Shown: in pieces, positions 19,067-27,552 of the stretch
Layout of the letters: the number at the start of each line of letters is the position of its first letter
Position numbering within the stretch: the first letter of the stretch is position 1
Source: Candidatus Bathyarchaeia archaeon
GTDB lineage: Archaea > Thermoproteota > Bathyarchaeia > Bathyarchaeales > Bathycorpusculaceae
NCBI GenBank assembly: GCA_050010755.1
Contig: JBEKKK010000001.1
Location: 896,001 to 960,000, forward strand
Reading direction: 5' to 3'
DNA: 64,000 nt
Notes under the pieces: generated by a model
Databases searched by the model: none
What the model was told of the DNA's origin: nothing
What the model saw: only the letters and a program-made list of their open reading frames with translations
Program-made: the position numbers and the translations under genes

Positions 19067-19516
19067 ATGAAGTTACGGGAACTGATGACCAAGAACGTAA
19101 TCACGATAGACAAAAACATGACGGTGCAACTGGCTGCGGGAACCATGAACAAGAAGAGAATAGGCTGCTTGGTGACCGTTGACAAAGAGGGAATCAAAGG
19201 AATCGTAACAGAGAGAGATCTACTCACGAGAGTCTTGGAAGCATGCAAAGACCCCAAGACAACCAAGGTCTCAGACGTTATGACCCAGAGCATTATTTTC
19301 GGGAATCCTGAAATGCAACTGGTTGAAGCTACACGCCTAATGTTTGAAAACGGAATCAAGAAACTGCCAATACTAGAAGACAACCAACTGGTCGGCTTGG
19401 TCACACTTACCGACATAGCTCGTGCGACAAGCTCTGACAGGAAGACTATGGATCTCATCGAAGCACTCTCAAACATGCACAAGGTCAGCTCATTACAAGC
19501 ACACACAACAACGTAG
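19067..19516 (+). CDS. CBS-pair protein
   Basis: Two CBS repeats (GIVTERD, GLVTLTDI). Confidence 0.9.
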   Translation: MKLRELMTKNVITIDKNMTVQLAAGTMNKKRIGCLVTVDKEGIKGIVTERDLLTRVLEACKDPKTTKVSDVMTQSIIFGNPEMQLVEATRLMFENGIKKLPILEDNQLVGLVTLTDIARATSSDRKTMDLIEALSNMHKVSSLQAHTTT

Positions 19517-19704
19517 CCCGCGTGCACCATGGAAAATTCATGATAAAATCTTTTTGCTAGCGCCTCTCGCAACTTGCTGAAACACTATTTGGGGTGCATG
19601 CGTCAACTTGGCTAAAGGCCTGCCGGGGAGTAAAGCATCACGTCTGGAAACCTTGTTTCAATCCTGGCTCGTGCTTTCTCAACATCGATGTCCAGAACGT
19701 CCTA

Positions 19705-20010
19705 CTAGCCCAGCATATTGGCGACTTCTTCGAAAATGTGCAGAAAACTCTTTCCTTTCTTAGTCGTCCTGTAAACGATTCCTTTCTTCTCTCTTGATTC
19801 TTGCAACAGTTCTGATTTGGAAAGCAACGGCAGGTACTTTTGCGCCTGTTCAGAACTCAAGCCGACTTTGCACATCAGTTCCGTCTTCTTAACCCCACTC
19901 GTGGCAAGCAGCAAAATATCTGAGATTATGATAAACGGGTCTCTGCGACTGCGGGCACCGTCGACTCTCCAGGGAGGGAAAACGCTGCGTGTCAGCATCA
20001 CATCTATCAA
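19705..20010 (-). CDS. winged-helix transcriptional regulator (archaeal HTH_45-like)
   Basis: RR...IISDIL...KKTELM...L....YL..L.....LL...YRTTKKG pattern. Start position uncertain. Confidence 0.75.
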   Translation of the reverse strand: MIDVMLTRSVFPPWRVDGARSRRDPFIIISDILLLATSGVKKTELMCKVGLSSEQAQKYLPLLSKSELLQESREKKGIVYRTTKKGKSFLHIFEEVANMLG

Positions 20011-20345
20011 ACGATACGCGACGTTTATACCTTGCCGCTAAACCCAAACTAGGTTTTGAATCGATCAATTCATCAATCCACCACACAAATCTATCAATAA
20101 CGCAAGAAACAACGTTCAACTTACACGACTGCAATAGTCGTGCCCGTGTCTTGCAAGCTGACGAAGCCTTGAATCAATACGCCTTTGACGTAGAACCCGC
20201 AAAACCATCTCTGTTCAACTGTAACCCTCAAATTGTGTCTAAAAAATCGCAAATTGGTTCAAGTGCGAGTGCTCTCTCTTATTTTCTGTTTCTATTTCTA
20301 CCAACATAAGAACAAACAAAAAAAGCGCGCGCTTTTCGGCCGGTC

Positions 20346-20675
20346 TCAGAGAAGTTCTGGAAAATACTTGAGCCAATCCCGACAGGATGCTCTGGTCGTC
20401 ATCTCAGTTGTGCGGAGAGCTAGAGCGACTTCTCGCTGAGTTTTCAAATTCCCCATATTTGATCCGAGGTGATAGAATAGTCCTGAGAGGATCCCTTTCT
20501 CGCTTTTTCCACTGAAAAAGGCAGGTCTTTTTTCGTAGGCTTTTTGAATTATCTTTGAAGCTCTGGTCGAAACAGTTGCTGCGATTGAAGGTTGATTCTG
20601 CCATGTTTTAGCTGCAAGGACCATCACTTTTTCAGGCGACAATCGTTTTGGAAGATAGCTTTCGGTTTTTTTCAT
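20346..20675 (-). CDS. stand-alone TFIIB/TFB cyclin-fold repeat protein
   Basis: SGKSEKGILSGLFY...KTQREVALALRTTEMTTR matches the TFB C-terminal repeat (GKxP..aAa.lY..TQxEvA...vTEvTiR). Confidence 0.6.
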   Translation of the reverse strand: MKKTESYLPKRLSPEKVMVLAAKTWQNQPSIAATVSTRASKIIQKAYEKRPAFFSGKSEKGILSGLFYHLGSNMGNLKTQREVALALRTTEMTTRASCRDWLKYFPELL

Positions 20676-21000
20676 CTTTATTGTAGACCTCTCTGAGTTT
20701 CTTGACATGATTTTCAAACGATGATTTATCCTGCTTGTCAAACTTGATTTTCATCTCGGCGCATAAGGCTGCAAGTATAGTCTCTTCTAAAACTGCCGCG
20801 GCACCAAGAAGCTGTCCCCTTCCAGGGCCGAGGATCTTTCTGAGCTCTATGGAAAATGCGCTTGGTTTTGTTGGGATTTCATAGAAGGCGCACCCGTTTT
20901 TTTGCAGATAGTCGTAGATTATGCCCGCGTTTATGTCTCCGAAAACGTATCTGACGGTCTTGTCAATGACCTGTAATAAAAGGTCATCAAATTTGTCCAA
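20632..21000 (-). CDS. NitrOD5/DUF3227-like signalling output-domain protein
   Basis: LLQVIDKTV..VFG....IIYDYL...EIP.KP..FS.EL..ILG...LE..I pattern typical of TACK output domains. Confidence 0.55.
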   Translation of the reverse strand: MDKFDDLLLQVIDKTVRYVFGDINAGIIYDYLQKNGCAFYEIPTKPSAFSIELRKILGPGRGQLLGAAAVLEETILAALCAEMKIKFDKQDKSSFENHVKKLREVYNKDEKNRKLSSKTIVA

Positions 21001-21301
21001 TCTTCAAGCCTCCTTCTGATCACTCGGCGCGTGCTAAGAACTCCAACTTGCATAACAAAATAGCTCAGAAAGCCAAATTTCGTTAAAGGAATGCATAAAG
21101 TCATACCTTCTCATCCCTGCCCTGTTCCCAGGTTCTTTCAATGCCACGATGTCCGTGAGACTTTTGATAAAATGTTCAGACAAATCTTTAGAAATCTTCG
21201 ACCACATGCCATCCTACTCCGAACAGGACTATGGACTGTCTTCCAGGTTTTATTTGACTTTCGGTCAAAAAAAATGCATAAGTATGATTGAAAGTGAAGA
21301 A

Positions 21302-22435
21302 TTACGCCGCTTTCAGGAAACGATTCACTGTAGACTGCAGCTTTTCTAAATGTGCCGCATGATCATACAGCCACTTGTTCTCCTTGAACAGTTGATAAGG
21401 AATCGTGTCTCTTTGTGCCTTAGCCATGTCCTGAATGACGTATTCGTAAGTGTTCAGGAATCCCGCCCTCACTAGCTTTGAAAGCGCTTGAACTAGATTC
21501 CTTAACTGTTGTCTTGGCAAATACACTTGGACAAGTAGCTGATTTCTGCCGTACACTTTCCCCACTGTTCTGACGAATGGTTTGTCCAGTAATGAGGAAG
21601 CGAATTTGGCAAGGTTGTCATAGTTGCTGAATACAAAACGGAAGAAATAGGTGTCTGGGGACAATCCTTTAAAATGGTCTGCTAGTATTTGGGGGCCTTC
21701 AAACATTTTCTCCTTCGTGATGTGGTTATCTATATGATACTTCACTCTTTGCAAGCTTATCCCAAGCATCCTGGCTATATCTTTCAACTTGATGGCACAA
21801 TTCTTTTCAAGTTCTTTCAGTATCATGATGTCTATCCAATCTGCCCTCTGTGGGTAATCGTCGGGATCTTTGAGTGTGTAAGGGAGCTCTTTCTTATTCA
21901 TAATCGCTTCTTTTAGCCATGAATCCCAGGAAAAGGTCCATTCTTCAGAGGTGTTGTCAAACCATGTGCTTGTCACATTTACATTTTGGAAGCAGGTGGA
22001 AAAGTAAAATTTGACGCTGCACATCGAATCTATCTGTTGAAGCTTTTCCAAAAACCCTTCAAATTCTTTTTCTCTTCCTGCGGGGATTCCGTATACCGCC
22101 AAGCATTTTGGGGACCCGACGCATTGACTCAAGTATAGCCAATAATCATTACATTTTAGGCATTCGTAAAGGAGTTCTTCATAACCTGGCTTTGACTCTG
22201 CAAAGACTGCGACTTTTCTGAGTCCGATGTTAGTATGGTAGATGTTTCCTTGGAGAAATAGGGAAAACTGAGAGCGCAGGTGGTTGATTCTGCGGCGGAG
22301 TGTCGCGTTCGGCATGTTAAGTTTGGCTGCGACTTTTGATGTGTTTTTTGGGCCGCATAGTGCCAATCCTTCGAGTACCTCTACATCGATGCTGCGGACC
22401 TTATTTTGCTCGTTGGATTGCACGCGTTTGATCAA
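21302..22435 (-). CDS. tandem Lrp/AsnC-like transcriptional regulator (two wHTH units)
   Basis: N-terminal HTH (KVAAKLNMPNATLRRRI) and a second internal HTH (DIARMLGISLQRVKYH). Confidence 0.75.
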   Translation of the reverse strand: MIKRVQSNEQNKVRSIDVEVLEGLALCGPKNTSKVAAKLNMPNATLRRRINHLRSQFSLFLQGNIYHTNIGLRKVAVFAESKPGYEELLYECLKCNDYWLYLSQCVGSPKCLAVYGIPAGREKEFEGFLEKLQQIDSMCSVKFYFSTCFQNVNVTSTWFDNTSEEWTFSWDSWLKEAIMNKKELPYTLKDPDDYPQRADWIDIMILKELEKNCAIKLKDIARMLGISLQRVKYHIDNHITKEKMFEGPQILADHFKGLSPDTYFFRFVFSNYDNLAKFASSLLDKPFVRTVGKVYGRNQLLVQVYLPRQQLRNLVQALSKLVRAGFLNTYEYVIQDMAKAQRDTIPYQLFKENKWLYDHAAHLEKLQSTVNRFLKAA

Positions 22436-22499
22436 GGACGGTCTGACTACTTGTTGTCACAATGGATTTTTAGCCCTTTCCCTTGATGCTTTGATGGTT

Positions 22500-22742
22500 C
22501 TATGGGAAGCCTCCACCGCCCACTGGGTCGCCGCCGTTAGGATTTGTGCCGTTCACTGGGTCGTCGACGAATGTCAGGGTTGGACTGTTTCCGTTATGAC
22601 TGTGACCTGCAGAATCGCTGCCCAATGCGCGAGTTGCATGCGAAGCTGTGGAAATCATCGTAACGGCAAAAATCGCTAAGAACAGCAAAACGGAAAGCAA
22701 TAAGAACTTACCAAAATTCAGTTTCATGTTTTTCACCTCCAT
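22500..22742 (-). CDS. small secreted peptide precursor
   Basis: Signal peptide plus polar tail ending DDPVNGTNPNGGDPVGGGGFP. GGAGGTGA SD precedes the ATG of MKLNF. Confidence 0.65.
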   Translation of the reverse strand: MEVKNMKLNFGKFLLLSVLLFLAIFAVTMISTASHATRALGSDSAGHSHNGNSPTLTFVDDPVNGTNPNGGDPVGGGGFP

Positions 22743-22875
22743 TCACTTTTGGTCAAAAAACTGGTTGAGTTCGATTGAAAATAAAAGTTGTGTGAAAGCA
22801 GCATTCAGAATTTGAAATCACCGCTCGCGCTAATCATAAATACGAGTTGTTGGGGCAGTTTGTTCTTGACGTGGG

Positions 22876-23493
22876 GTGACTGCAATTTCTGTTCGAGGAT
22901 TTAGGCCGAGGGCGCATCTTGCAACAATCGCTTTGTTGTCCTTCATTTTCTCCTTCATTGCAGCGAGAACATTCACGACGTTTTACCCGTCCACAGTTCT
23001 GGTCAGTGGCGGCATTCACGTTCATCATTTTTGGTATGGTATAGCCTTGCTAGCCATTGGGGGTTGGCTAGGAATCGGCTATGAGAATAGAGAAACTGGC
23101 CGGGTGGCAGCGATTCTTTACGGGGCTGGCGGCGGGCTGATCGTTGATGAGGTAGGACTGTTGCTCACTTTCGGAAACTACTGGACAGGTTTAACATACA
23201 CTTTCCTCATCATTCTCCTGGCTTTCGTCACCATCTTAATGCTTTTCAACAGATACCGACTGCTAATAGTGACAGAGCTCGGCGAATTAGTCGGCAACAA
23301 GGCGAGCCTTTATCTGGGCGTTTTCCTTGCCGCAGCTTCTGTGGCTTTCATAACGCAGACCAACAATGCTTTGGTCACGGGGATGGCGAGTGGATTAACA
23401 ATCATCGGAATAATCCTCATAACGACTTACCTGATTCGCCGAGCAAAGATAATCCCAAAAAGAAACTCTTGGAGCATGAGGAGGATAAACTGA
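22876..23493 (+). CDS. membrane protein (HVHHFWYG motif)
   Basis: About 6 TM helices with conserved-looking HHFWYG and LIVDE motifs. Confidence 0.75.
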   Translation: MTAISVRGFRPRAHLATIALLSFIFSFIAARTFTTFYPSTVLVSGGIHVHHFWYGIALLAIGGWLGIGYENRETGRVAAILYGAGGGLIVDEVGLLLTFGNYWTGLTYTFLIILLAFVTILMLFNRYRLLIVTELGELVGNKASLYLGVFLAAASVAFITQTNNALVTGMASGLTIIGIILITTYLIRRAKIIPKRNSWSMRRIN

Positions 23494-23561
23494 AAAGCGG
23501 ATCTAAAACGCACAAGAAAGGGCTTTCTAGAATCAAAACATTTTAAGACTCCAAGAAGTTA

Positions 23562-24089
23562 TTGACTGAAGAACCAAGTTCTAAGCTGGTCTCGTATATG
23601 GCTTCAACTTCAAGCGGTGACCAAAAAGTCGACGAAATTACTCAAAGAATCATGACAGAAATTGAGAACAAAAACTCAAAAGAGCTTACAGAGTCCGACG
23701 AAATGATAAAGATCCTGCATTTGACGAATATGCATCACGCGAAAACTTTGCTGCAGCATGCGGATGAGGCGCCCACTAAGACCGAACGTGACGCCGGGAA
23801 ACAGGCAGTTGTACAGGCACTGCTGCTTTCTATGTGGCATCAGAGGCTATATTTCATTGTGCGCTCATTCATCATGGGCATAATTGGGGCCATGCTTACG
23901 CTTGTTTTCGTTCTGATTTTTGGCCCCATAAAACTCACTCTGGAAATCCCCTTGGGCATATTCTCTTTCGTGTTCACGCTCGCCACCTCGCGACTGCTCG
24001 ATGTGCAGATTGTCAAAGCTGCAAGAATCATAGTTAACTTTTTAGCAAGCCATAAGAGTCTGAGGGATTTCGTCCTAAGCCACTTCTAA
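23562..24089 (+). CDS. hypothetical membrane protein
   Basis: Helical N-terminus plus two TM segments. Confidence 0.6.
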   Translation: MTEEPSSKLVSYMASTSSGDQKVDEITQRIMTEIENKNSKELTESDEMIKILHLTNMHHAKTLLQHADEAPTKTERDAGKQAVVQALLLSMWHQRLYFIVRSFIMGIIGAMLTLVFVLIFGPIKLTLEIPLGIFSFVFTLATSRLLDVQIVKAARIIVNFLASHKSLRDFVLSHF

Positions 24090-24320
24090 CGTCAGAATTC
24101 ACTGCGATGGACCATCAGGGATATTTTCCTTACAATCAATCTGCATAAGAAAAAACCAGAAACCTTAGCTGTGCTCTGAACGCAAAGTTGAGTGAAGGCG
24201 TCGTCAAAGGACCAAGTGACTTAATTTTGAAAACATGGATTTTTTACAGGTTGATGACTAGATAGAATAGCAGGATAACGGCGCGCGAGCGCACCTGCTC
24301 AATATGTGCCTTCATTACCG

Positions 24321-24399
24321 CTCACTAGTCGGGATCCAACAGTTTACTCACTAGTTGAGATCCAACAGTTTACTCACTAGTAGAAATGCACAGAGTTTA
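24321..24399 (+). repeat. 26-bp tandem repeat x3 (CTCACTAGT-n-GATCCAACAGTTTA) in the promoter
   Basis: CTCACTAGT at 24321, 24347 and 24373. The third unit is more divergent and runs into the TATA-like GTTTAAA. Confidence 0.85.
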
Positions 24400-24463
24400 A
24401 ACAAGGGTTCTGCCACTTACCATTAAACAGAGAGCGCCGATGGACATATGCTGAGGTGAAAAC

Positions 24464-25033
24464 GTGAATCTAAGAAAAGCATTGTCTAAGAAATATTTCA
24501 AATTCGTTATTCTTGTTGCAATGGCCGCACTTATTGGCACTGCAAGTGCTGCTGTCTATTACTCGGTATTAATGCAACCAAGCGTGACGATAACTGGCGC
24601 GACAGTAATTTTTGTTTCAGGAGACGACTGGCCCATCGGATCTATCTTGGGTACCAACTCAACGTGGGTCAGCTTAGCCCTACAGGCGTATCCTAACGCG
24701 ACTCTGACATATGATCAACCGCTCAACATCAGCAACACGGATACTTCATCCCACCTTTTCAGATTGCGCAACATTTCGATTTTACCCGCTTCAGGAATGT
24801 CATCAGTTAGTAACTTCACGGCAATCAACTTCATTGTTGAAGACACGGCCGGAACCGAACAAGCTGAATTCTTCTACAACACCACAGGCACCACTTGGAA
24901 CACTCCAGCCACAACGGGATACATGACATTGCCGGCGAGTACCACATGGATAATCAGTGTTCAGACAACCGCGGCCCCAGGTGCCAGCAGCACCGCCGCA
25001 GCAAACCTAGTGATATCAGTCGACGTGCAGTAG
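24464..25033 (+). CDS. secreted fibre/pilin-like subunit (copy 2, paralog of 16341..16910)
   Basis: Same length (189 aa), highly similar and gap-free. Both copies are followed by TAGTTCACCTTCCATTTT. Confidence 0.75.
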   Translation: MNLRKALSKKYFKFVILVAMAALIGTASAAVYYSVLMQPSVTITGATVIFVSGDDWPIGSILGTNSTWVSLALQAYPNATLTYDQPLNISNTDTSSHLFRLRNISILPASGMSSVSNFTAINFIVEDTAGTEQAEFFYNTTGTTWNTPATTGYMTLPASTTWIISVQTTAAPGASSTAAANLVISVDVQ

Positions 25034-25109
25034 TTCACCTTCCATTTTCTTTAGCTGGCGCTAGGCCATTTGCTTAAACAACACTGAAAATGATGGTAAT
25101 GTTGGTGTG

Positions 25110-25187
25110 TGGTGGGCCGGACCGGACTCGAACCGGCGACCTTCTGCACGTCAAGCAGATGTCCTAACCGAGCTAGACTACCGGCCC
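25110..25187 (-). tRNA. tRNA-Val(GAC), CCA encoded
   Basis: GGGCCGG acceptor stem, CTGC-TTGACGT-GCAG anticodon arm, GGTTCGAGTCC T-arm and ACCA end. Confidence 0.95.
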
Positions 25188-25894
25188 TCTTATTTTCATT
25201 AAGGCAACTTGCATTTAAGAGATTTGGGTCAATGGTTGGGTCAATTGGGTCAGTGTTCTTTTTCTCTTCGCGCCCGAACGATGGGCAACTTGACCATCAG
25301 ATATATTGGCAAGAAGACAAGGATAGAGAGTAGTGAATAGATGATTGGAATGGTAACTCATAAACAGAAAGAAAAGATACAGGCTCAGAACAAACCCAAG
25401 AAACTGAGGAAAGAAACACAACGCAAAAAGAAGTGACTATCGTTTTGCCAAGCTTGGCTCTTTTCTTGAATTGATAGAGATTTCAGGGATTCCATAGAAG
25501 TTTTTCATCGCAGGAAGGCTAGTCTACACACAAAGAAGAAATCACAAACTGAAGAAGGATAGCCTGTTCTACAGTTTAGAACAACTTGTACAAAAGCATA
25601 GAATAATGAGGCTGTTTTCCCAGTAGTTCTTCGTTGGTGAGGAAAGAGCGGAACTCCCTTCTCCTTTCTCATTCTACTCTTCCTCACAAATAGAAACTTA
25701 TCCTGCAAGACGATTTTCATTGACAGAGAGCTCTGGAACCGCGGACACTTATGTTGGCCGTTCAGTCTTGGTGAGAAAAGGGAATCTAGGACTCTTTTCC
25801 ATAGAGAATACCTCTTCTGTTTGCGGCAGGTGTTTGTTTATTGATTCTTCCACAAATCATAAGAACTACAAAAAGGACTAGTTGATGACGTGCC

Positions 25895-26401
25895 ATGGAG
25901 AAAATGAAAACCATCGATAACAGACTCTTGGGTGAGCTACTGAAGAATAGTCGCAGGAGTGACAGAGAATTGGCCAAGGTTCTCGGAGTGTCTCAACCCA
26001 CTGTCACCAGGAGAAGGACAGCTCTTGAAAAGGACTTCATTGATGGGTACACGGCGATACCAAAATGGGAAAAAGTCGGTTTTGAATTAATTGCGTTCAC
26101 CTTTGTAAAAACCAAGCTCAAGTATGCCAAGCCTGAAGTGAGGAAAGCAGGTTTCAAGAGAGTGGAAGAGTGGATGATGAACCACGCCAATGTTATCTTA
26201 ACCATAGACGGACAGGGAATGGGGTGGGATGCAGTCTTTGTTTCATTCCACAAGAACTATTCAGCCTTTGCAGAGTTCATGAGAGAGCATGACAGTGAGC
26301 TTTCAGATAATTTGATTGAAAGCTCAAGCTTCATCGCAGACATTAACCCGATAACTATTAGAAAAGCATTTCACCTGAAGTATCTGGCAGATGCGAAATA
26401 G
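25895..26401 (+). CDS. Lrp/AsnC family regulator
   Basis: NSRRSDRELAKVLGVSQPTVTRRR HTH. Confidence 0.85.
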   Translation: MEKMKTIDNRLLGELLKNSRRSDRELAKVLGVSQPTVTRRRTALEKDFIDGYTAIPKWEKVGFELIAFTFVKTKLKYAKPEVRKAGFKRVEEWMMNHANVILTIDGQGMGWDAVFVSFHKNYSAFAEFMREHDSELSDNLIESSSFIADINPITIRKAFHLKYLADAK

Positions 26402-26724
26402 TACTGTAGAAACGAAAGGCAGAAAGATCTATCGGAAGGATGTACAAAAGTTATAAGAACTGAAACAAAAGGACAGATTCGCTAATAGAGAAAAAAATGC
26501 GTTGATTGGATTGGGTTTATTTCAGTGCGATCTTCACGGTTCTTGCTGTTTTCTTCAGAGGGAGTTTAGGGCCTAAAACTCCATCTTTGAACTGCTCAAC
26601 CTTTTTTAGGTCCGCTCATGGGCTAGATTGTAGCAAGCTGAATACACGCACGCGTTGAGTATGGTTAGCGGAAAAGCGTATACCACAGGTTCCCTTGACA
26701 CATGATGAAGAATTGTATCGGTGA

Positions 26725-27186
26725 GTGCTTGTGATCAAATCTAATATCAGGCTTTACGTAAAAAGCGTCAAAACAGTAACAGGGAATATTGAACTGGATC
26801 TTGGGTATGAGCATGTTGAAGGCGCTTATGACCGTCAAGTACTGGATGAAAGCGGTGGTTACCCGTATGGACCGTATGGACAAACCATTGGTATTGATAG
26901 CGCCGATCGACCGAGCCATCCGCCGAACGTGAGGACAGGACCCAAAGAAGAGTACGTGCTTCCTGATGATCAAAAGGAAACTGTCAAACTGGTTCGAAGA
27001 GTGGCTTCCAAGCTTGGTTTGGGAGTTGAAGTAGTCGATGTGGCCAGAGAGAATGTTATCAGCAGAGAAATCCAGAAACAACGAGAAAAGATAAGAGTTT
27101 TCCCAACTCTGATTGTGAGTTCTGGAGAGAGAATCGAAGGCGCCCTAACTGAGGAACAAGTCAAGTCCCTCCTGTCAAGAAGTTGA
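26725..27186 (+). CDS. hypothetical protein, C-terminal thioredoxin/glutaredoxin-like fold without CxxC
   Basis: VEVVDV...FPTLIV..GERIEG pattern. Confidence 0.5.
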   Translation: MLVIKSNIRLYVKSVKTVTGNIELDLGYEHVEGAYDRQVLDESGGYPYGPYGQTIGIDSADRPSHPPNVRTGPKEEYVLPDDQKETVKLVRRVASKLGLGVEVVDVARENVISREIQKQREKIRVFPTLIVSSGERIEGALTEEQVKSLLSRS

Positions 27187-27291
27187 AAAACACGAAAAAC
27201 GCAAATCTCGCCAGAGCCGCGCTAATTCAATTGACTATTCAGCGGTTGCGCTGAGGATTCAACGTCTTCCACCCACTCATCTATCTGAGTT

Positions 27292-27552
27292 TTAATCCTC
27301 TCTATCCGCTTTATCTGGATTTGGCTCGCGCTGGCGGGAATAGATTTTTTTGGCACCCAAAGCTATCATAGTGGATAGAACAACTGCTGCAATCACATAA
27401 CCAACGGCTAGGACACGGTTGTTTCCAATAATTCCAGTAGCCCAGCCTATGGTATAGAATAATAAGAATAGCACAGTGATGATTATTCCGACAACGCTAT
27501 GCGGACCGCGCGACGGCCACCATTGCCCTGATTCTCTTCCTTCATCATCCAT
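27292..27552 (-). CDS. small 2-TM membrane protein
   Basis: Two hydrophobic helices. Confidence 0.55.
   Translation of the reverse strand: MDDEGRESGQWWPSRGPHSVVGIIITVLFLLFYTIGWATGIIGNNRVLAVGYVIAAVVLSTMIALGAKKIYSRQREPNPDKADRED

Noticed and set aside
24321-24399. Possible mini CRISPR array
   Set aside because: The units are adjacent with no unique spacers, and there are no cas genes in the window.
16341-25033. Diversity-generating retroelement (TR/VR pair) explaining the duplicated subunit
   Set aside because: No reverse transcriptase is present, differences are not adenine-specific, and both copies are full genes.
25109-25333. 74-aa plus-strand ORF
   Set aside because: It is the antisense reading of tRNA-Val.
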